The position numbers and the translations under genes were made by a program. The notes below the pieces were generated by a model. The model was not told the origin of the DNA and searched no databases. It saw only the letters and a program-made list of their open reading frames with translations. Below are positions 1 to 7,579 of a DNA stretch of 52,276 nt, piece by piece; position 1 is the first letter of the stretch; every line of letters starts with the position of its first letter. The stretch spans positions 1-52,276 of the IMG/VR virus record IMGVR_UViG_3300017909_000880; one strand, given 5' to 3'. The DNA is from a virus (taxonomy: Duplodnaviria; Caudoviricetes).

Positions 1-7
1 GGGCCAG

Positions 8-427
8 ATGCTAGATGGCAACCGCAACGTCGAGATAGACGATCTGTGGTCAGTGCATAGTTATGCAGGAGATTACAACCCGATCCATGACCACGGCACA
101 AAGACCATCATGGGGATTAGCTGCACGACTTGGACGAAAGTGCCACCTCAGATAGAACAAGGGCCACGGCCCGGATCTGAGGATTACGGCCTGTATAATG
201 CTTCTGGTGAGTCTGACGGGTGTTTGTGCTTTAACTACGGACAAAGCTCCCAGTGGGACAAAGAGAGGCTGAAGCCAACGCAGAACATTGTGATACGCCC
301 ACAGGTGGGTAGGTTGTACATGTTTCCATCTTGGATGCAGCACATGGTCTACCCGTTCCGAGGTGAAGGTGAACGCCGCACTGTAGCGGCCAACTTAAAT
401 TGTTTTAGAGAGGAGATAGCCGCATGA
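8..427 (+). CDS. Putative 2OG-Fe(II) oxygenase (probably 5'-truncated by the window edge)
   Basis: HDH motif, then LYMFPSWMQHMVYPF and ERRTVAAN, matching the HxH...H...R pattern of phage 2OG-Fe(II) oxygenases. Confidence 0.75.
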   Translation: MLDGNRNVEIDDLWSVHSYAGDYNPIHDHGTKTIMGISCTTWTKVPPQIEQGPRPGSEDYGLYNASGESDGCLCFNYGQSSQWDKERLKPTQNIVIRPQVGRLYMFPSWMQHMVYPFRGEGERRTVAANLNCFREEIAA

Positions 428-585
428 GTTTAATAGAAATCGTAACCACGCTGACTACACTTTCAGTTATCGCAAGCGCGATCTGCGCCGCCACGCCAAC
501 TCCCAAGGACGATGCGTTTATGGCGAAGTACATCTATCCGGTGATTGAAGCTCTGGCACTGAATGTTGGCAAAGCTAAAGAGTAA
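424..585 (+). CDS. Small membrane protein, holin-like (53 aa; not in ORF track)
   Basis: ATG424 overlaps the upstream stop, RBS GAGGAG; MSLIEIVTTLTTLSVIASAICAATPTPKDD...ALNVGKAKE, hydrophobic helix followed by TPTPKDD. Confidence 0.6.
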   Translation: MSLIEIVTTLTTLSVIASAICAATPTPKDDAFMAKYIYPVIEALALNVGKAKE

Positions 586-587
586 CT

Positions 588-830
588 ATGTGCTATCTCG
601 CGATGGCAGAGGTTTGCAAATTGGATAAAAGTGATCAGGCATTGCAGGAAATCAACACCCATGAGCGTGAGTGTGCGTTGAGATACGAGCGTATAGAAGA
701 ACGCCTGAAAGATGGTTCTAAGCGTTTTGATAGTTTGGATGAAAAGATTGACCGCTTTGGCAATAGGCTTTGGTGGATCATCGGTTTAATTGTAATGAGC
801 ATTTTAGTGCCACAGTTTTTAGGAGGTTGA
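588..830 (+). CDS. XhlA/haemolysin-like small membrane protein (start may be TTG621)
   Basis: Coiled coil HERECALRYERIEERL followed by a C-terminal transmembrane helix. Confidence 0.55.
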   Translation: MCYLAMAEVCKLDKSDQALQEINTHERECALRYERIEERLKDGSKRFDSLDEKIDRFGNRLWWIIGLIVMSILVPQFLGG

Positions 831-831
831 T

Positions 832-1137
832 ATGTCAGAGGAAGGAATCCGAGTCCCAACATGGGCGCTGCCAGCATTTTTAGCTGTACTTTCGGGTGCC
901 GTTGTATGGGGTGCTAGTCAAGCACAAGCACAGGCTACACAGGACGAGGTAGCTCGTATTGAAGCTGTTGTTGAGAAAACCGTGCAAGAGGCCCAAGCCA
1001 CGGGAAAATTAGCGGCAGTCAATGCGACAAAGATCGAGGCTATCGTCGATTCATTGGCGGAGCAGTCCGAGACAGCGAAAGCGTCCGACGCGAAGCTCCA
1101 GCAACTGATCGAGATAATGCTGAAGAATCAGAACTAG
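832..1137 (+). CDS. Membrane-anchored coiled-coil protein
   Basis: RBS AGGAGG; N-terminal hydrophobic helix then Ala/Gln/Glu helical region; lies in the lysis region. Confidence 0.6.
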   Translation: MSEEGIRVPTWALPAFLAVLSGAVVWGASQAQAQATQDEVARIEAVVEKTVQEAQATGKLAAVNATKIEAIVDSLAEQSETAKASDAKLQQLIEIMLKNQN

Positions 1138-1187
1138 AGTACGACCCCGCCAACCCGAATCTATTTTGCGATTTACGGGAGTGGCGG

Positions 1188-1412
1188 ATGTTGGAACTGG
1201 TTGATCCTCCTGCGTATCGTCATTGCATCGCTATGGCTTGGTTGCGATATAACCACCGCCAGTGTGGGTACGGCGCTCAGATCTATATACAGAATACGAT
1301 GCCGCGTGTTTTAGGCACAGCACACCAACTGGATGTAGAACTGCTTACTTGGGATATTGTTAAGCCAAAGTCTGTAAAAGTGCAAGCTGTTCAGAAGAAG
1401 CGGAGGCTGTAA
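1188..1412 (+). CDS. Hypothetical protein (frame open from 975; possible frameshift product)
   Basis: Stop overlaps next start (TAATG); same frame has no stop back to TGA972-974. Confidence 0.5.
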   Translation: MLELVDPPAYRHCIAMAWLRYNHRQCGYGAQIYIQNTMPRVLGTAHQLDVELLTWDIVKPKSVKVQAVQKKRRL

Positions 1413-1639
1413 TGGATGTCCCACCAGTATTTCCGAACAGCGTCAATGCGCCATCAGAAGTAGTGGTAAGAGACAGAATACAAAAGCTCATTCGTTTGGA
1501 TCAGATCAGCAGGATTCGTACCGACAAAGTAGAGGCTATAACAGAATATAGCGAAACCTATTACTACTATAAAAATGGCGAGGTTCTTTCTACTATTGTA
1601 AAAGTCGAAGACCAATTCAAACTGGACATTCGCGCATGA
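1412..1639 (+). CDS. Hypothetical protein
   Basis: Translationally coupled at both ends. Confidence 0.55.
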   Translation: MDVPPVFPNSVNAPSEVVVRDRIQKLIRLDQISRIRTDKVEAITEYSETYYYYKNGEVLSTIVKVEDQFKLDIRA

Positions 1640-1887
1640 CGATGATGATTTTTGTACTGATAATCTTGGAACGTGGGCAGCCCACGGGCGAGGAGTTATA
1701 TTTTAGAGAGCTGACCTCGTGCTTAGAATACTCGAATGCGTTGAACGCTCAGTCTGTAGGCAAGATCAACGAGCTGTTAAGCAACAACCGCTACTTCAAA
1801 ACTTACTGCCGTGTTCGTGAAATACCTACGTCGGAAGCAGGAACTAAGATACTGTTTCGTGATCCAGCCAGAAAGGATGATGAATAA
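1636..1887 (+). CDS. Hypothetical protein with hydrophobic N-terminus and two Cys
   Basis: Coupled ORF (ATGA and TAATG overlaps). Confidence 0.55.
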   Translation: MTMMIFVLIILERGQPTGEELYFRELTSCLEYSNALNAQSVGKINELLSNNRYFKTYCRVREIPTSEAGTKILFRDPARKDDE

Positions 1888-2675
1888 TGCCTGAAGTATC
1901 CTCAATCAGCCGAGTCGGCACAACAGAACCTTTTGAACTACAAGTAAAGCGAGGCCAAGTTGGTTGGCACTACGCTATTTTTAAGTTTGGGTTCAACCCA
2001 GATGTTGATGACAGTCTTGAAACAGTATGGGCGGAAGGTGGTTTGTACAGCTATATTGAAACCGCCACAGTGCTAAAAGTATCTAGTTCTTCTGCAAACG
2101 ATACGTCAGCGGGAACAGGTGCGCGTACTGTCACTTTGTTTGGTTTAGATGCTAACTATGCAGAAGTGAGCGAAACAGTAACTCTGAACGGCCAAACAGT
2201 GGTCAACACCACAAATACTTATATTCGTATTAATCGTATGGTGGTGAATAGTGCTGGTTCTGGTGGGCAGAATGCGGGTGTTATTTACGCAGGTGATGGC
2301 ACTGTTACGTCGGGTGTTCCTGCCGAAAAGTACGCAACTATTGCGGCAGGTGATAATCAAAGCCTAATGGCATTGTGGACGGTTCCAGCAAACCATACGG
2401 CTTACTTATTGCAAAAAGATATTACTGCTGCCACGGCTCAAAATAATAAATACGCAACCATTCATTTGGTTGCACGGCCCTTTGGAGAAGTGTTTCAGAC
2501 CAAAGATAAGCACGTTATTGATAATGGAGTGTTGCATCAGTTTTACAGCATTCCGCTCAAGTTTGAAGAAAAAACGGATTTAGAAGTTCGCTGTATTGGT
2601 GATTCTTCCGCTGCCGACATAGCGATATCTGCTAGCCTTGACATCATCTACATCCGAAATGGCGACAGTTTATGA
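1887..2675 (+). CDS. Hypothetical beta-rich phage protein, possibly structural
   Basis: 262 aa, G/T/S/V rich, KFGFNPDVD and SAGTGARTV motifs; coupled to neighbours. Confidence 0.55.
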   Translation: MPEVSSISRVGTTEPFELQVKRGQVGWHYAIFKFGFNPDVDDSLETVWAEGGLYSYIETATVLKVSSSSANDTSAGTGARTVTLFGLDANYAEVSETVTLNGQTVVNTTNTYIRINRMVVNSAGSGGQNAGVIYAGDGTVTSGVPAEKYATIAAGDNQSLMALWTVPANHTAYLLQKDITAATAQNNKYATIHLVARPFGEVFQTKDKHVIDNGVLHQFYSIPLKFEEKTDLEVRCIGDSSAADIAISASLDIIYIRNGDSL

Positions 2676-2992
2676 GTCCTAAGAAACTAGAGCCGAAATC
2701 ACGATATGCTCAGTATGATCTTGATGGAGATGGGGTCGTGAGCGATGAAGAACTGGCGAGAAACCAAGAGCTTGTTGAAATCGAACTGCGTGAAGAGAAA
2801 GCAGACAGTCAACGACGAATGGCTTGGGTGAGTCTTAGCAGTATGGTGGTTTTCGCTTTACTACCACTTTTGCCCTTCATACCTGAGTCTCGCTTGTCCA
2901 CTCTGGCGTCTTTAAGTGACATGTTATTTCTTAGTCAGGCGAGCATTGTAGGACTCTATTTTGGCGCTACAGCGTACATGGCGAAGCGATGA
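2672..2992 (+). CDS. Two-TM holin-like protein with EF-hand-like N-terminus
   Basis: DLDGDGVVSDEE loop, RRMAW then two hydrophobic helices. Confidence 0.55.
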   Translation: MSPKKLEPKSRYAQYDLDGDGVVSDEELARNQELVEIELREEKADSQRRMAWVSLSSMVVFALLPLLPFIPESRLSTLASLSDMLFLSQASIVGLYFGATAYMAKR

Positions 2993-3120
2993 GTGATGAG
3001 CGCCGAGTTACTTTACGTTGCTATCGATGTAAGAAAAAAGGTGGGGTCATGGACTTTGTGCATTTGAAATTGAAGACTTTGTGCGGTAAATGCTACGCCC
3101 GATTGAGTGGACTAGCGTAA
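2989..3120 (+). CDS. Small CxxC-CxxC zinc-finger protein (43 aa; not in ORF track)
   Basis: MSDERRVTLRCYRCKK...LCGKCYARLSGLA; ATGA overlap upstream and TAATG overlap downstream fill the gap exactly. Confidence 0.55.
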   Translation: MSDERRVTLRCYRCKKKGGVMDFVHLKLKTLCGKCYARLSGLA

Positions 3121-3503
3121 TGAGCATACTAGGATCACTCATAGGCCCAGCTACTCAGCTACTAGATAAAGTAATTGAGGATAAAGACGAGAAGAATCGT
3201 ATTGCCTTTGAGTTAAGCACTCTTGCAGAGCGGCATGCCCAAGAACTTGCTAAGGGACAACTAGAAGTCAATAAAGTAGAAGCGGCTTCTAAATCTTTAT
3301 TCGTTGCAGGTTGGCGACCTTGTATTGGCTGGGTGTGCGCGCTTGGTCTTTTTTACAACACCATCCTTTCTAATATACTGGGCATCTGGGTTGAAGTGCC
3401 TGAGATAGATACGACGCTGCTTGTCCCCGTTATGATGGGCATGCTAGGTCTTGGCGCGATGAGATCCTACGAAAAAGTTCAAGGCGTAAGTCGGGAGAAG
3501 TAA
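3120..3503 (+). CDS. Holin, 3TM (GTA-type) family
   Basis: SLFVAGWRPCIGWVC and MLGLGAMRSYEK motifs; directly upstream of the lysozyme; ATG3120 coupled to upstream stop. Confidence 0.8.
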   Translation: MSILGSLIGPATQLLDKVIEDKDEKNRIAFELSTLAERHAQELAKGQLEVNKVEAASKSLFVAGWRPCIGWVCALGLFYNTILSNILGIWVEVPEIDTTLLVPVMMGMLGLGAMRSYEKVQGVSREK

Positions 3504-3928
3504 TGGGTATTCAGCTAATAGGAATGTTGAAGCGTCACGAGGGTGTGCGTAGCCATGCGTACAAATGTTCAGAAAACATGATCACTGTGGGCGTCGGGCG
3601 CAATATAGATGAAAACGGCGGTCTTGGACTGTCTGAAGAAGAGATTGAATATCTATTGGCTAACGACATCAAGCGTGTACGAGAAGAGCTAGAAGATACT
3701 TACTACTGGTTTGCTGCACTCAACGAAGCCCGAAAAGACGCCATGATTGATATTTGTTTTAATCTTGGCCTAACACGACTTCGTGGTTTTGTTAAAGCAC
3801 TAGAAGCTATGTCTCGTGAACAATTCGATATCGCAGCAGATGAGTTTATGGACAGTCGGTGGGCTACTCAAGTTGGCAACCGAGCCGTTGAAGTGACTGA
3901 GATCATCCGCACGGGAGAGCATCGGTAA
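3503..3928 (+). CDS. Endolysin, T4-type lysozyme (GH24)
   Basis: HEG-x-YKC-x5-TVGVGRN (E-x8-C-x5-T triad), FNLG, DSRWATQVGNRA. Confidence 0.88.
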   Translation: MGIQLIGMLKRHEGVRSHAYKCSENMITVGVGRNIDENGGLGLSEEEIEYLLANDIKRVREELEDTYYWFAALNEARKDAMIDICFNLGLTRLRGFVKALEAMSREQFDIAADEFMDSRWATQVGNRAVEVTEIIRTGEHR

Positions 3929-5811
3929 TGCCGCTCCAAAAATATATATTTAATCCTGGGATTAATAAAGAGGGAACTGATTACTCTGCAGAAGGGGGGT
4001 GGTTCGACGCTAATTTAGTTCGGTTCCGTAAAGGACTGCCAGAAAAAATAGGCGGCTGGGAAAAATATATAACAACTTCGTATGAGGGAACAGGTAGAAA
4101 ATTACATGGCTGGGTAGACCTCGATGGTACAAAACTTCTTGGTCTTGGTACGAGGTTTAAGCTCTATATACAAGAAGGTACAAGTTATAACGATATAACA
4201 CCAATACGCGAAACAACTAGCGCGGGGGATGTTACTTTCGCTGCAACTAACGGTTCCAGCACTCTTACTGTTACAGACTCTGGGCATGGTGCTGTAAACG
4301 GTGATTTCGTTACTTTTTCTGGTGCAGCTAGTTTAGGTGGCAACGTGACTGCGGCGGTTTTAAACCAAGAATACCAAGTTGTATCTGTCCCGACCGCGAA
4401 CACATTTACTATCGTTGCTAAAGATACTAGCGGAACAGAAGTTACAGCGAATAGTAGTGATACAGGTAACGGGGGCAGTAGTGTCGTCGGGACTTATCAG
4501 ATTAATTCTGGGTTAGATGTTTTTGTTGATGGTACAGGTTGGGGTGTCGGTACATGGGGATCTGGTACATGGGGTTCTACAACTTCATTAGGAGATGCAA
4601 ACCAGCTGCGCTTGTGGTCGATGGATAATTTTGGCGAAGATCTAATCTCTAATCCTCGTGCGGGAAGTATTTATTACTGGGATAAAACTAACGGCTTAAA
4701 CACACGAGCGGTCGCTTTATCTTCTTTAGCAGGGGCTAACCTTGCCCCAACTAAAGGATTACAAGTTTTAGTTTCTGATATTGATAGACACGTTATTGTT
4801 TTAGGAGCAGACCCGATAAGTGGTGGTTCACGAAGTGGCACTATCGACCCATTGTTAGTTGCTTTTTCTGATCAAGAAAACGCTACCGAATGGGAGCCAC
4901 TCGCTACAAATACTGCTGGTTCATTACGTTGTTCTGCTGGTTCAGAAATAATCGGCGGAGTTAGAGCGAGACAAGAAACTTTAATCTGGACTGACGTTGC
5001 TCTTTATAGTCTACAGTTTATTGGGCCACCAAATACTTTTGGACTTGTTTTACTAAACGAAGGTGTCAGTCTTATTGGGCCTAATGCCGCAGTAAATACT
5101 CCTAATGGTATTTTTTGGATGGATAAAAAAGGTTTTTACGTTTATAACGGAGCTATCCAACCTGTTCCGTGTTCTGTTCATGCTTTTGTTTTTGATAATC
5201 TTAACGAAGGGCAGGCGTTCCAAGTATTTGGGTTCGTTAATAAACAGTTCGATGAAGTAGGTTGGTTTTACTGCTCAGGTGAAAACACTGTTATAGATAG
5301 GTATGTAACTTACAACTACGTTGAAAATACGTGGGCGATTGGAGAACTTTCCAGAACAGCTTGGTTAGATGAGGGTTTGGTAGCTTTTCCAAGAGCAGCA
5401 GGAAAAGACAGTGGTACTGCTTATCTGTATTCACACGAAACAGGATTCGATAACGATGGTTCTCCTATGGATAACGTTTTTATTGAAAGCGCTGATTTCG
5501 ATATCGGAGACGGAGAACAGTTTCAGTTCGTTAGGCGTTTTATTCCAGATGTTAAATTCACAGGTAATTCCTCTGGAACACAAAAAATTAATTTAGTTTT
5601 AAAAGCCCGTAATTTTCCAGGAGATTCTTTAACCACCGATCAAACAAGTTCGTTTACTGCTACAACAACCAAAGTAGATACAAGAGCTAGAGGCCGACAA
5701 GCAGCAGTACGTTTCGAATCTGACGACGATGCAGAAACTGTAGATAGATTAGGTGTTGGTTTTAGGATTGGCGCAACAAGGCTAGACGTTCAGCCTAACG
5801 GTAGGCGTTGA
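3928..5811 (+). CDS. Tail tubular/nozzle (DNA stabilisation) protein
   Basis: 627 aa beta-rich protein, PGINKE...VRF..G.PEKIGGW N-terminus and RARGRQ near the C-terminus; precedes internal virion genes. Confidence 0.65.
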   Translation: MPLQKYIFNPGINKEGTDYSAEGGWFDANLVRFRKGLPEKIGGWEKYITTSYEGTGRKLHGWVDLDGTKLLGLGTRFKLYIQEGTSYNDITPIRETTSAGDVTFAATNGSSTLTVTDSGHGAVNGDFVTFSGAASLGGNVTAAVLNQEYQVVSVPTANTFTIVAKDTSGTEVTANSSDTGNGGSSVVGTYQINSGLDVFVDGTGWGVGTWGSGTWGSTTSLGDANQLRLWSMDNFGEDLISNPRAGSIYYWDKTNGLNTRAVALSSLAGANLAPTKGLQVLVSDIDRHVIVLGADPISGGSRSGTIDPLLVAFSDQENATEWEPLATNTAGSLRCSAGSEIIGGVRARQETLIWTDVALYSLQFIGPPNTFGLVLLNEGVSLIGPNAAVNTPNGIFWMDKKGFYVYNGAIQPVPCSVHAFVFDNLNEGQAFQVFGFVNKQFDEVGWFYCSGENTVIDRYVTYNYVENTWAIGELSRTAWLDEGLVAFPRAAGKDSGTAYLYSHETGFDNDGSPMDNVFIESADFDIGDGEQFQFVRRFIPDVKFTGNSSGTQKINLVLKARNFPGDSLTTDQTSSFTATTTKVDTRARGRQAAVRFESDDDAETVDRLGVGFRIGATRLDVQPNGRR

Positions 5812-6137
5812 TGGGAAAGATATTAGCAGGAAGATTACCTCAAGCGGTTACTTCTACAGTAGAGGCACCTACGTTCAATAGAGCTATGCGTCTATTAGAA
5901 CTAAACGTTGGTAATTTTGACCCCGACCGTACCCCACAGTACACATCAGCGGAACGTGACACGTTAAGTTTTGAAAAAGGCGATGTTATTTGGAATACTA
6001 CAGAGAACGTTCTTCAAGTATATTTGGGTAATTCTTGGCAGAATATCTCAACGCCAAGCACCTCTGGGGTTAGCGCAACAGGGAGTATCGGGACGGTTAG
6101 TGTTGCTACCAATGGTAACGTAGTGGTGTCGTTATAG
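5811..6137 (+). CDS. Hypothetical virion protein
   Basis: Coupled to nozzle gene; GDVIWNTT..LQVY.G..W motif; ends in SATGSIGTVSV like the repeat of 51094..52059. Confidence 0.55.
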   Translation: MGKILAGRLPQAVTSTVEAPTFNRAMRLLELNVGNFDPDRTPQYTSAERDTLSFEKGDVIWNTTENVLQVYLGNSWQNISTPSTSGVSATGSIGTVSVATNGNVVVSL

Positions 6138-6139
6138 TC

Positions 6140-6367
6140 ATGAAAAAGACTAAGAAACAACCTAAAGTTCCTGCAAAGTATTTAGCTGGTCTTTCTTCGA
6201 AAGAAAAAGCAAAACGTAAGAAAGAAATAGCTAGAAACAAGAAGAAGTCTCTAAGTGACCCTTCTGCTTACAAATTTTCTACAGATAAGAAAAAGGGTAA
6301 GCGTAGGAAAACTGTAGAGTCTAAATATACACGGCGCTTTAGAGAGAGGTTTGGTACAAAATCATGA
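6140..6367 (+). CDS. Small very basic protein
   Basis: 75 aa, about 40% K/R; VPAKYLAGLS and SKYTRRF motifs. Confidence 0.6.
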   Translation: MKKTKKQPKVPAKYLAGLSSKEKAKRKKEIARNKKKSLSDPSAYKFSTDKKKGKRRKTVESKYTRRFRERFGTKS

Positions 6368-6639
6368 GTCTTTCAGCAAAAACTAAAAAGGCTTTGGCTA
6401 ACAAAGCTGAAGCTGCTCGTAAAAAAGGCAAAAAAGTTACTGCTGGGCAACTTGGTCGTGTTTATAAACGAGGGTTAGCTGCATATAAAACAGGGCATCG
6501 TCCTGGAACTTCTCAACATCAGTGGGCAATGGCTCGGGTAAATTCTGTGCTTACAGGCGGTAAAGCAGCTACAGTTGACAAAGATATAATGAAGGGCGGG
6601 AAGGCTAAAAAGAAACCTGCCAAGAAGAAAAGTTCATGA
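6364..6639 (+). CDS. Small basic protein (DUF5824-like)
   Basis: VYKRGLAAYKTGHRPG..QHQWAMARVNS motif; coupled at both ends; family name from memory. Confidence 0.6.
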   Translation: MSLSAKTKKALANKAEAARKKGKKVTAGQLGRVYKRGLAAYKTGHRPGTSQHQWAMARVNSVLTGGKAATVDKDIMKGGKAKKKPAKKKSS

Positions 6640-7577
6640 CCAGAATATTCGATGACGAACAGACCACTTCTTTAGTTCGTGCTATGGCGAACCCTGAATC
6701 TAATGCTCGTAAGATGGCAGAACAAAACCAAGAGATTGGTGTTCCGTCTGATATTACTACGGATATTCTTAATAAATACGCTACATACGGTGCTAATACA
6801 GGCATCGGCAACCTTGGGGGAAGCCGACTGGTAGAAGCGATAAATGATCAATACCGTAAAAAAGTAGACGCGCCTTTACAACAAGAATCAAAAGAGGCGT
6901 TTTTAGGGGGTCTTGCAGAACTGTTAGCTGAACTAGGAAAAAACGCAAAAGACTTTTTTACAGCGGGAGCAGAAACTGCTGCAGAAACTGCTGCAGAAGC
7001 AACAGAAGCTGCTGCAGAAGCAACAGAAGCTGCCGCAGAAACTTCAATACCTTCGGGGATTTCTATACCAGAGTCTACGGTTCCGACTACTCCTCGTAGT
7101 CTTATGGAAGCAGATCCTACACAAATAGACCAAGCTATCAATTCTCCTATTGTTAATACAGATGAAACACGATTAGATAAATTTAAAAAGTATTTAGAAG
7201 AAAATCCTTTAGTTGCCAAACAATTAGGCGAAAGCGCAGGAACTATCGGTGGTATTTTAGCAAAAGAAGCAATAGGCGAAGACGAAACAGAAAGAGTAGT
7301 TTCCGCCCCTAGACCTCGTTTCCAACCTTCTCGAGTCTCAGCTCCTCGTATCGGTATGTCGGGGGGAGGAAAACCGCCTGAAGGCTCTGTATTAGGCCGT
7401 AAACTCTTTTTAGAGGGCGGCGAAGTAGATGGGCCAGGAGGCCCGAAAGAAGATCTCGTACCTATCTGGGCGAGTGATAAAGAATACGTTATGTCTCATG
7501 AGGCAGTAAAACGAGTAGGGGGAGGTGATTTTGATAAAGGAATCGCAACCCTCGATAAAATTAATTTCGGTAAATAG
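6636..7577 (+). CDS. Putative internal virion protein
   Basis: Low-complexity AET repeats; C-terminal GGEVDGPGGPKEDLVP..SDKEYV module like that of tape-measure/ejection proteins. Confidence 0.55.
   Translation: MTRIFDDEQTTSLVRAMANPESNARKMAEQNQEIGVPSDITTDILNKYATYGANTGIGNLGGSRLVEAINDQYRKKVDAPLQQESKEAFLGGLAELLAELGKNAKDFFTAGAETAAETAAEATEAAAEATEAAAETSIPSGISIPESTVPTTPRSLMEADPTQIDQAINSPIVNTDETRLDKFKKYLEENPLVAKQLGESAGTIGGILAKEAIGEDETERVVSAPRPRFQPSRVSAPRIGMSGGGKPPEGSVLGRKLFLEGGEVDGPGGPKEDLVPIWASDKEYVMSHEAVKRVGGGDFDKGIATLDKINFGK
6969..7043 (+). repeat. Imperfect in-frame tandem repeat (GCAGAAACTGCT / GCAGAAGCAACA) encoding AETA/AEAT
   Basis: Repeat units visible directly. Confidence 0.8.
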
Positions 7578-7579
7578 TT

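Noticed and set aside
832-1137. Assignment as an Rz/Rz1 spanin pair
   Set aside because: TM plus coiled coil fits an inner-membrane spanin, but I found no embedded or adjacent lipoprotein with a lipobox
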